Assembly: GCF_021869535.1 (NCBI RefSeq)
Contig: NW_026262712.1
Location: forward strand, 64,976,001 to 65,040,000
Length of the DNA stretch: 64,000 nt
Source of the DNA: Mytilus californianus
Lineage: Eukaryota
Reading direction: 5' to 3'
In this document: in pieces, positions 36,291 through 48,300 of the stretch
Position numbering within the stretch: the stretch's first letter is position 1
How the letters are laid out: each line of letters opens with the position of its first letter
Program-made: the position numbers and the translations under genes
The notes under the pieces: model-generated
Database searches by the model: none
Told to the model about the DNA's origin: nothing
The model's input: the letters and a program-made list of their open reading frames with translations, nothing else

Positions 36291-37985
36291 GATAAACGTC
36301 GTAATGTAACTAAACATCAGTAAGTAAAATATATTGGGATGCTAAAATATAAAGAATAGAGAAAGAATAATGAGAAAAATAAATAAAATGTAGAGAAAAG
36401 TGACATAACAATTTAAAGAATACAGAAATAAACAACACCCCCAATCCGGACCCTCATGGTATACACGAGAATCTGGATGGAGACGCAGAATATAGAATAA
36501 TAGATAAGGACAGTAGAGAGTGATGCATTGCTAAAAAGAGAGAAAAATAACAATTGTTTAAGAATACAGACATGAAACACCCCTTTTTACTATTTAGACC
36601 CTCCAAGATGATTGTTAAAACAATTTTGGCATTTATTCCACATCTCCTTATTTTCAAATTAATAGTATAGACAACGATATCTATATAGATGCTTTGCAAT
36701 TTTTTTACTGTATATCGCTTTATGTTTTTTGAGACTGGAGTCCGATAAACATTGGCCTCCTGTCAACCGCTGAATCTGATAGCTCAGTAAATATTGTAAA
36801 GTGCAAACAAAACAAAATTTCAGGGGGAGGGGGTGGTTGAAACAGTAACGGATTGCGATGTACTCAAATTGGTGACAAATGCTAGAATTTTACAAGCGCA
36901 CAACTGCAGTTCTCCTCTGCACTTATGTAGAAAGGAACTAAACGGAATAAAATGAATTAAAAATTAAGATAATCAAATGTATCTTCATTCGCTTCTTTCC
37001 ATTTACTAGTACTTCTTTAGAATGTTTTGTAAACAACATATGATTAAGTAATAGAACAAAAGAACCAATTGGATGATGCTGACGAATTAGGGTTTAACGT
37101 CCAGTGGCAAATATCATGTCCATATGAGAACGACAACACGTTATATGTACCCGGTGTTGTATAAGACAGACACTTTCAGTCGGATTTTTGAACGTGCTTC
37201 TTTGAACAGACACAAAAATCAAGGCTGATTGAAAACGTTAATAATAAATTCATGCATGTTCCAGCGGCCAATCCATATCACGCTATATTGCAGTTACACA
37301 CCTTTCAATAAAATGCAAAGAAAATAAAAATAAAAATGCTCTTACTACAAGGATATTGTTGCACCGTATTGTCATTTTTTTTTACTCAAGTACATCTCAT
37401 TCTTAACTTTTTTAATGGGAAATTATAAAGGAAGCAAAACTATTGTCGTGGCTAAATAACTCTTAACTGACACAATTTTAATTGTCCAACCCATTAACAG
37501 ACTTTATTCCCCTAATAGTCACTAAAACGTGGTATTACTCACGTTATATTACAACTATGAAATATTTACTAATGTCAATTTATTATTTAGAACCAAAGTA
37601 CTATTTTGTGTTCTTTAAATGATATCTAAAATTGTTTGTTTCGCCTTTTATTAAAACAATTGCTATGCGTATAAGCATAAATACCACATACTTGCGCGAC
37701 GCCTTTTAGTTTTACTGAAGTTTGCGCAGACTGTGAAATGTTTTTACAAGTGGAAAATGTTCTATGATAGATATCATTTTGTCAGACACTTTTCTTTTTT
37801 TTATTTGGTTCTTATAATATGCCAAAAGTCTGTATATTTAACAGAGTTGAACATTTAAATTGTGCGTTTTACTCTTAACAGACGTATAACCGACCCGATT
37901 AACAGACCAACCGCCCATATAGCCGCATACTCAATATAGATTAACCGACCAATCTCTCGGTTAGCCGAGTGTCGGCCGTGATTAA

Positions 37986-38262
37986 ATGCATTTTCAGGAC
38001 AAGAGCGTGTTTATGCAATATGACTATCAAGCCTGCTTTGTACTAAACCGGCACGTTGAGCCGGATGTTTAACGTGCTAGCCCACAAGGTAACAGTCCAC
38101 AGGAAGACATGTCAACCTACCAGGACACATCATTCTAACTCCGAGCAGACCAGCTGAAGCAGCAAGTACCAATTTTAAAGTCTCTGATCTGACCCGACCG
38201 GATTCGAACCCACGACCTCCCGCAATCGAGACGAACATCCTATCCGAGATCGCCGAGGCGGT
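37986..38262 (-). mobile_element. tRNA-derived SINE whose 3' tail continues at ~33585-33623 across the DNA-transposon insertion
   Basis: The minus-strand head has the B box ggttcgaatcc and the body gactttaaaattggtacttgctgcttc...atgtgtcc. The tail motif (rc of tttaacgtccagtggcaaatatttcatgcatgttcaggac) also occurs at ~2175-2240, 37090, 43070, 44935 and 61070. Confidence 0.8.
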
Positions 38263-39759
38263 TCTCTTTTAATAGAAAAAAGCAGACACAATAAGATATC
38301 TAAAGACCATCGCATTGCAATATATTGGAAGATGAATAACATTTCTTTTAAATTTGTCAAAAAAAAGAAAATTGAGAGAAGTATTTAAAGTATACGAAAA
38401 CTAGTCTGTGAGCATGCATTCTTTGATTACCAAGTCCATAATTCTAATGGAGGTAAAGCTGTGTGTTTTCTTTCAGATACAAAATGATTCATTTTGGTTA
38501 CAACTGTGAGTGCTCAGAAAGTCAAAATCAGAAAATTGTTGAAACCTACCGTAATTATGTTTTTACATTTCAAAACTCTCTTAATCTCGATCAGTGGAAT
38601 ACATAACATTAAAGAATATACAAGGAATACACTGAACTCTATATGATAACGGCATAATAGATTTACATAAACATAAACACAAACATCAAGGAATCATTGT
38701 AGCTACTGAAAGTTAGCTCAACGTTCTTCTTAAACAACACAACAGACAAACCCCGTAATATATATTAATACAAGGAGATGCAAGTAGTAAGAACTACCCC
38801 GCTACATTCAACGCAAGAAATCTTTAATATGCTAAGAAGAATTATAATGTCATCTTCCTATTACATTTATGGGAGGAAAACTATGTTGAATCCCGCCCTT
38901 TTGATAAAAATAAAATTAATATAACAAAAGGGTTTCAAAAAATTAAGTTTGCTGTAATGATTAATCAAACAATAACAATAATGTCATAAAAACGTAAAAA
39001 CTAACAGACAATAGATACAACTTAGTAAATTGTTAAGGGAGCACTAATCATAATCTACTCAGTACCAAAGTCCGTCAGAATTTCGAAACTCCTAGCGGCA
39101 AAACAACTTGTGTGATTTGTACTAAACAAAGTGTTAGTTTAAAAACTAGGACGATTTTTTTTAAAAGAAGGGAAAACAAAAACTTTGCACAATTTTTCAT
39201 CTATATATTGTGAGCAGACCTCTGACTTCGCCTGGACTGAGGCTTTAACATTATTTGAACTTTTAACCGTAAGTAGTGATTTGTTTTCAAAGTTCAACAT
39301 CGGACTAACATTTATTTCACGTAAAATGCATCCATACGATACCGAAATATTTTGTATCTTAAAAACCGCAGAATCTTAAAGTTACGATCTGGTCGAGACT
39401 TAATTATCTATAAGTCACGAACATTTATATGTAAATGAATAATGCTGACGTACTGGATCAAAATTAAGAAACTTTTGATTTTTTAAGTTCGTTCTTTTAT
39501 TAACCATCTAAAAATAATTTATTTTCAAAATTCAGCAGCCAGTCTTTTCTTTTTGGATTTGGATTTTTTTTAATTACTAAGACATTGGTTGCTTATGATT
39601 TATTGTCATTGTATATGTATTGCCTTTTGTCCAATCCCTTTGTTTAAATGAACGTTTGATATTTGAACAATAAAATATTTTGAATTGAATGACTGAGGAA
39701 GACTTTAATATATAAGTTGCAATAACTTGTGTCCAATCCTATATTTGTTTTTATATTGC

Positions 39760-40900
39760 AACTAGAAACTCTAAAGAGCATGTGTCGCTCACCTAAGGGT
39801 ACTGTGCATCTTCAACATTTGACACTCTCTATTGTGGACTAGAAAAGAATTCACAACAGAGTTCTCTTTTTTGTTGATTGTGTATAATTGCTGATAACTT
39901 TTCTGTGTACAATTTCTCTCTATCTTCTTTAGTTTTAGATACATAGACACTTTAAATAGCAAATAGGATCAGTAAGACAATATCTTAAGAGAAGTCAAAT
40001 TTTGCCGAAATCTTTTATCAACTCTTTATAAGATTGATTGCCCTTAAATGACGATTTTATTTTACCCTTTTCGTGTTTTTTGCGATAACTAAAACTTAAG
40101 ATAATAGGCAAACACGTAAAATTTGGTAAAAATTGTCATTAAAGAGCAAGAACTCCAATAAGGAGTCGACGGACGATTCGGTGATGTTGACATATTTAGA
40201 GATCATGTCTTGCCGATCATGTTTGCTATTTAAAGTATCATCTATCTATAAAAGGGTTCTATCATCTATAATAATTAAAGATATTAGGCAAAAACGCAAA
40301 AAAAATTGCTATGAAACGATATTAACGGGCAAACACTCTATCAAGAATTCTCTGAACGATTTCAGCCATGTTGACGTATTTGTATATTTTGTCTTGCTGA
40401 TTATTTTTGCTATTTAAAAGGTTAGGGACAACCCGCCAAATGGGGAATAGTTCCCCAAATGACTGAGTAACTATCCTTCAAACGAGGGATAATTTTCTAG
40501 TTTCAAAATACTATTTTTTCTATACACATTTATTCTTGGTACATTTCGATGAAAAATGCAGCAAATTTTCAAAAAGATTAATAGTCCTAACCTGATTTAC
40601 TGAGAAGCTACAAGCCTATTAAATTGTCGAAAAGAATGTCATTTTTCAACGCTTCTAAATTTTTTAAACCAAAAATACAAGTATGGTTCCTGTGAAGAAG
40701 TTGTTCCATTTTCTATTAGTTTGTGCCCTTTTAAGTAAAAAGACTCACCTTAGGAAATTTTGTTTTTAGCACTATCAAATGATTACTCGATTGGGGGAGT
40801 GTTACTTATGTTAGGAGTAGTACCCATTTGATGGGTTGTCCCCAACCTGTTTAAAGTCTCTATCTATCTTAATTTTCAAGATAATAGGCAAAAATGAAAA
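39760..40900. mobile_element. HINE/Helentron-like non-autonomous element containing a ~430-bp MITE (~40420-40850)
   Basis: The end aactagaaactctaaagagcatgtgtcgctcacc carries a short palindrome. The inner inverted pair is ggttagggacaacccgccaaatgggg / cccatttgatgggttgtccccaacc. Boundaries are approximate. Confidence 0.5.
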
Positions 40901-41280
40901 AAAATGCAGAAAAAGCCTCAAAGTAAACAAATAATGGAATATGAAGAGAGGTGATATGTTATTTGTTTTTGTTTTATACTTTTAAAGCACAAAACTGTTG
41001 AATATCACACGTATGAATGCAAAAGGGTGTACCCGATTCATTTTTTTTTTAAATGAGACACATAATATTTTGATGAAAAATTAGTTTTAAAACCAATAAC
41101 TTTTTACTAAGAAGCTGGCATTTGGTTAAACTCCATGATAGGAATTCATTTCTATATAAATCATACGGGAAAAAATCGTCAAAAGTAGTTTTTTTATCCT
41201 GAAACTTGCATATGAAGCCTCAAAATCTGCAACACGGAATACTAGGGTTAGGTGTTTGAGAAAACAGAGCACTGAAAATA

Positions 41281-41346
41281 AAATTGAGAATGGAAATGGG
41301 GAATGTGTCAAAAAGACAACGACCCGACCATAGAGCAGACAACAGC
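41281..41346 (-). mobile_element. PLE family A extreme 3' end (short copy)
   Basis: aaattgagaatggaaatggggaatgtgtcaaaaagacaacgacccgacc. Confidence 0.85.
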
Positions 41347-41826
41347 AATGTCTGCTTCTGCTTGCTAGAAATAGATTATGTTTCGGTTCCTTCCGTGCAA
41401 CACATTATTTGGTACTAACAATTCTCAAAAAAAGAAACTTTGATACTTAAACTTACCTTGATCGTTTTTCTCCGCGTCGAAACCGCCACCCCGTGTCAAA
41501 CATAGCCGACACCCCGCATGTTGCGTTCTACACGGTGATATAAGGGAAGTTAAAATAGCCCGATTTAAGCATGATCGGTCAACTATTTTTAAATTGCTTG
41601 ATGTATCATGTAACTTATTTCTCTTTATATTTCACAGGATGTTTTTAAATGTAACTTTTTCCACGTGTCATTATGTTTCCTTTATTTTTTCTTTACTGAG
41701 AAATATTATTAAAGGAATACACTATAAAGTAAACTTGACATCACTGTTTTAATGGATGTCCTCAAGCTAATGTTTCATATTTTACTTAAATTCACTTTCT
41801 TTTTAGTGCGTGTGTTTTTTTTTTTA

Positions 41827-41973
41827 CAGAAGCGGATTTATAGGGTTTTCCAGGGGGCCCGGGCTCCCCCTTTTGTGGGAAAAATTTGGTTGATTATTTA
41901 AGCCTGACTGGAGCGGGCCCCCTCTTAGGCAGTCAGTGGGCCCCCCTTATGAAAATTTCTGGATCCGCCACTG
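41827..41973. mobile_element. Short GC-rich MITE with cagtggcggatcc-type termini
   Basis: A degraded left end cagaagcggattt and right end ggatccgccactg. Confidence 0.65.
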
Positions 41974-42357
41974 TTTTATATAAATTCTTAGGCCTACATA
42001 GACTTACATTTAAAGAATTCATGGACGAGCTACTCCATGTCTTAATCGTGACATAAGGATGATTTTACCAAAAATATGTCGAGCATTTGCAAAATCCCTC
42101 TTATTTTCTTCTGCCATCAATACAACACTCACCACACTCGCAAAACTAATGGTGTTGAATATAATTTGTCGATACTACTATTCAGTCATGGCGTACTTAG
42201 ATAAACTTGATTAAAAAAACAATCCTTAACCTTTTTTTTTGGTGCATTTTTACAGTATTAAGAATACACCAAGAAGATATAGACAGAGAGATAGGTTAGA
42301 ACCAAAGAAAGAACTGCAACGAACAATTTGTGGAAGACAGTCAAAAAGTCCGTGAAA

Positions 42358-45300
42358 ATGTCTTCAAACGCTACTGTTACAGCTAAAGAAATATCATCTC
42401 TTTCTTTTTCTTTGGATCAGTTTTTTCTTATCATCATGGGAATGGTTGTATACTGTAAGTTTTTTTTAAAAGATACATTTCACATCAAAAGACAGACAGG
42501 TCATGTTTAATAAGAAGTATTTTGCAAGGAAACACGTGACTGTGCAAACTCTGCACGCACAAAAACTGTTTCAAGTGAAATTTTGTGATTCTTCTAAAAT
42601 ACACTTATAGTTTTCTGACGACTATTAAAGTCATTGCCAATTATCTGGGTCCCCTGTCCACTAATTAAAACACACACAGGAATGTATTGTTTAAATTAAT
42701 AATGTCCTTAACTATGTTGATTAAGGAGATGAAAGGTTATGTCAATTAGACAGAAACTAAAAGACGCAAAAACAACTTAAAGACATCTAGAATTCAACAT
42801 ACGGTCTTCGCCATAGATATGTACAATATGTCAAGGTTTTTAGCGCACAGGGCCGAGATAATTTGTAGATAAATTTTAGACTATTGAAAATCTTTCATCG
42901 ATAATTCCCTTACTGACAAAAATAAAACATAACTTGTAAAAACTCATTATTATGTGAGTTCAGAATTCTAGAAATTAGTGTTGTTATCTTCAGTTTTTAT
43001 TTTCTGCATTCAAATAAGACGCCATACATGTGTAATGTCAAATGATTGATGGATACTTAACGTACAGCGGCAAATATTACATGCATATCCAAGACAATGT
43101 TAATGAGACATGGCTATTCCCTGCTTTGTGTCTATTCAGATACGCCGATTGGATTTTTAACGGACTAGCTCGTAGGTCTGTATGAAGATGTCAGAATGAT
43201 TTTTCTAAAAGGGTGATATATCTTTATACAGACCTATGAGCTTGTCCGTTACAAATTAATATTGACTTCTAGTCTAACGGTTTATTTAATGAGTCTTTAA
43301 AACAACTAGGTCGATGTCACCGCTGGCTGACGTTTCCTCTCTGTTGAGAACACCGGACCAGTAGTAAGCACGCCTATGCTGACATGACATATCATTGATG
43401 CCGTCTTTTTCTGTAAATTTATTGTTTATCAAAGTTTTATTAAGACAGTAAGGTTTTTCTTCTCTCAGGCATACATAGCCTTACCGAAATTTTGGGTAAA
43501 CGGTTTTGTGACTTTTGGTTTTCAGAGATCGTCAAAGAAAAATTGATTGCGTTTTCAAGCTGTTTTGGTTTGAGGTCCACTTATGAATTGTGTAGACGAC
43601 ACGCGGTTTTGACATACTATTTTATAAGCCTGGTATCTTTGATGATGGTTGTACTCACAAATACAGCGTGCTTGAGGAGAAACAAGAAAAAAAAACTTTT
43701 TTAAGTCTTTGTTTTGACCCGGAGGCAGGGTATCGAACCTACGACCTCCCACACTCCATGCGATCACGCAATCACGCTACCACGAGAGCACCAAATCGGT
43801 AGCATGTAAGGGACGATAATTTGATTGTCTATTCAGTGGTTGTTGTTTGTTTATGTGTTACATATTTGTTTTTCGTTCATTTTTTGTACATAAATTAGGC
43901 CGTAAGTTTTCTCGTTTGAATTGTTTTACATTGTCATTTCGGGGCCTTTTATAGCTGACTGTGCGGTATGGGCTTTGCTCATTGTTGAAGGCCGTACGGT
44001 GACCTATAGTTGTTAATTTCTGTGTCATTTGGTCTCTTGTGGAGAGTTGTCTCATTGGCAATCATACCACATCTTCTTTTTTATATATAAAGGCGGGGAG
44101 AGGGTCAGGTTGGTTTTTCACGGACGGAATCTAGTACCGGTATTCGTTTTCAACAGTTGCCAGACGTGCTTATTTACATCACACTTTATTTTCGATATTG
44201 TCCACAATTATTTTCTGCGCAAATTGATATCAGTTTGGTGTCCCAAGCAAGATTATTTATTTTCAGCCCTTCCAGGCCAGCATGTTCATGAAAATGAAAT
44301 AGCCGAGCGATATAAAAGTATAGAATTCCTTTTGTTTCACATACTACCTAATTCCTCGGGGAAGAAACTTTTGATTGCTGTAAATAATTGTTATCACCAG
44401 ACCACTGTCAAAATTTTATTACGTTCACCTCAATGTCAATTTTCAAATCTAACATTGCATATGAAATAATTGATTTAATGATTGTTTAATACACCCTTAA
44501 GAAATGCAAATAACAAACATTTTCGTTTATGACAAACACGCGTATTTTATTTTGTATATGTTATCATATTGCCTTAAGTGAACCATGTCAGACAAATGAT
44601 AATACAGTTTTTATCATAGATTAATAATTACATATAAAAACAAACTGACTGACGGGTCATCTTTAATTATTGTTTTGAAACTCGTGTTTGTCCTGATCAT
44701 ACAGATCAAACATTTGTCTCTGAGTTGAAAGTTAGGTTTCCATGAGAATAACATAGTAACACATAAAAACAGTACTAAAATAAAAAGAAAAGTATTGATT
44801 ATAATTACTTAAAGAGTAAACACACAGCATTACATTATATCCTATCTTATCAAAAGTTGCTACTGAAATCTCAAATTGACTGATTTTGTACTGATGTCTT
44901 ACAGATAAAACACGATTGATTGATTGTTGATTGGTTAACGTCCAGTGGCAAATATTTCATGCATGTTCAGGACGATAAAAACACGATATCATTACATTTG
45001 TACCTCAAGCTAAAACTTTTGCGAAAATTTGATGTTTTTGATACTGTATTGTAACTGGATTATTAGTTTTGCTTCCATATAAGAATAAGATGTGGTATGA
45101 TTGCCAACGATACAAATATAGTAACCACCTGATACCATGCCAACGAGACAAATATAGTAACCACCTGATACCATGCCAACGAGACAAATATAGTAACCAC
45201 CTGATACCATGCCAACGATACAAATATAGTAACCACCTGATACCATGCCAACGAGACAAATATAGTAACCACCTGATACCATGCCAACGAGACAAATATA

Positions 45301-48300
45301 GTAACCACCTGATACCATGCCAACGAGACAAATATAGTAACCACCTGATACCAAAGGACTTGAATGTAAACAACTACCTTAGATTTAGATATTTCAGTAT
45401 TACACCAGAAACTCTACACAAAAATTTACGACAAAAGGGATGATTTTTCTTTCCGTATTGTTAATTTTCCCTTTTTAGGCGGTGATTTTCCTTTTGTCAC
45501 CGTCTTACGGTGTTTATATATCCCAACTCGTTCGCTATGCTCGTATCTGTAGTGTCGTATTGGATTTTAATGAGCGTAATCTATGTATTACTAGTAAATT
45601 ATTAAGTCAGGGATTTCGTTACCACAAATTACTTAAAACCTTAACTAAAATCTTTCATAGATACAAAGATTTAGTCTGCAAGTTTGGCTGCATCAAGTTC
45701 GTTCAACATACGAATTGTAGTGACAAAGAAAAATATATTTTTCTTAGAAAGATATGTAAATTTGGCAACTTTGGCACTTTTCCTCGTATACTAGACGTTT
45801 AAAGGCTTACAGAAAACATGTTAGCCCAATTCAAAAGCATAGTTTTCTATATCGAACAAACTTATATCTTATAATCATCTAGAGGATGGTATTTCCTAAA
45901 ATTATGCAATTAAATTTTCGAATTCAATTGGGCCAGCAATGGCCTTAACTTCTCCCTATAGGAATGCCAGTAGCTATTTGCTTCGTGTTGTATATGTTAC
46001 TGTCCTTCCATTCTTCGTATGTATATTCTGCATTGCAATAGGTCTGCTTCAGGCTGTGTCTGTTTGATGTGGATTTTAATATTCTTAATGTAAACACTTT
46101 ACCATTCAATCACATATAAGTTAATATTCAGAATATCTACATTTGTTCTAGTAATAAATGTACCTGTTTAGTCTTTTGTGGATGAACAAAATAACTTAAA
46201 TATTTTAAGACCTTTAAATCTTTGTTAAACGGAAGGTCAATATGCCTTAATTTTGGTTTTATAACAACATGAAATTGATCGATCAATATCATTTACAGTA
46301 TGGTACACACAATGTGTCAGTATATTTCCAACTGTTATTAAAACCAAGGTATAATACCCACATTTAAATTTGACGTTTTAGACCTTTTGGTTTAATGTTT
46401 TTAAAACGTTTTTATAGTTATGACTTCCAAAATGTTCCTTCTCGAGCAAACCAGACGATGTGTTTCCAGAAACACGCGCTGTGAACACGGAATGTACGTT
46501 TTCTAACATATTCTTTGTATAGACTTAATCTTTAAAAGGGCAGAACCAATCGTAACAGTACATATACATATTTTATAATAAAATTAACGGTACCAATTTT
46601 ACTGCACCAGACGCGCATTTCGACAAGTACTGTTTCTTCAGTGATATTCGAGGCCAAAATATTAATCCAAAACTTAATAAAATAAACTTTTAAAAATTAT
46701 GTGAATGCTTTCCCGGTATTTTGCTTATCTGATAAAAAAGGTTTGTTTGACAGATAAAAGTTTAAGTGTAGCCGGTTTCCGGATAGGTTACATTTGTAGC
46801 AGTATCTACGCATAGTTTAGTGAAGCTGGGGTTGTACATGTGATCGTTGAGTCCGTCCATCCGTTTGTTCGTTCGTTAGCACGTTTTTGCACATGCATTG
46901 AGTGGATTGCATTGGAACTTTCAGAGAATCTAACTACCTAACTGCATTGAGCACCAACTGTTTTATATCTATTCAAAATGATTTTGGGTTTCCTTTAGAA
47001 AAACTTGTACTATGTCATATTTTCTCATTCTACCTGTTTCTTAGCTTTGTACACATAAATAATCCTTTTTGAGACAATTTATATGAACCGCATGAACGAA
47101 CGTACAAATAGAAGGACGAACGCACACAACGGTCACTTCACTGACTATTACTTATATAAAATTCCCCTAATAATTATTTGGTTTTCCTTAACAAACTTTA
47201 TGACTTTGTCATATCTACAAATGGGGAAGACATCTGAATGTAGCAGATGGGTAAATGAAAAAAAAAGTTGCTGAAAAAACTTTTAAAAAATGGTCTGTTT
47301 TCGATGAATGTTAGTTTCTGATGAGAATTTCCAACATTTTATTTTGAAGTGCTTCTAATTCATATAGAATTGGGATAATATAAGTTTGTGTAATTTACAA
47401 TCAAAATCTACAGTAAAACACCGATAAAGCTAAAGCGAAAGAAGTTTGTCCTGTGTACAAGTGTACAGTACAAACTCATCATAGCTATAATAGCGTGCTC
47501 GCCTCGAGTGCGAGAGGTTGTGGTTTCCATGATCTGGGGGTGGGGACATCCAAAGACTTGGAAATTGGAATTTGGTGCCTCTCCTCTCACAGGCGGCACA
47601 AACACTTCTCGGATTAGAGTCCGAATAATGTGTCCAAGTAGAATGACAAAACAAACAAATATTCGGACAAGAAAAGGTTCCATATTATTTAATCTTAGAA
47701 AGTTGATTGACACCCAACTAGTGCATAGTTGCGTAGGAATTACAGATACAAGATGCATATTCACTGTAGTAAATTTTCGAAGTCCATATTTTACTATGAA
47801 AACCCCAAAAATCAATTGACTAAAAAAATAAAAAGTAATTATGGAATCAAGTGTTTTCTGAAATTTAACACCAATTATCACTGGTTTAAAATAGTTATGG
47901 ACGCATGGTGCGGACGAACGACGAAGAAACGAAATAATATCAAACGAACCGTATGAACGAACGAACGAACGAGCAAATAGAATGACGGACGAACACAACG
48001 GTCACTTCACAAAACCACACCACTAATTATGTAAAAAAATAAACAAAAGAAACGTATTCAACTTAATCTTAACTAATCTCCAAATATAAACCTTCCGTAA
48101 AACACTGCGTCGCCAAAACTGGCAAAAACCGACGTCTTTTTAAAGACTGTTGTTGTTGCCCTAAAGCACTGCGCTATCACTTTATGATAATTTGTTGGGT
48201 CAAAAGGATAAAAGACAAATCAATACTCATTTTCTTTGATATAAGACTAACTTTAAACAAAACATTTGATGAAGTGAAAACTTAGCCATTCTATAATTTT

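Larger units (their letters stand above)
33624..37980. mobile_element. Non-autonomous DNA transposon with ~105-bp TIRs, CAC...GTG termini and a 5-bp TSD ATTAA (Transib-like)
   Basis: attaa|cacggccgtcactcggctaaccgagagattggtcgg ... ccgaccaatctctcggttagccgagtgtcggccgtg|attaa. Removing it rejoins a SINE tail (ccagcggcaaattaa + atgcattttcaggac). Confidence 0.85.

Noticed and set aside
45005-45443. Four overlapping ORFs with 12-aa repeats, or a CRISPR-like array
   Set aside because: These are by-products of a stop-free 36-bp tandem repeat. There are no unique spacers, no cas genes, and the context is eukaryotic.
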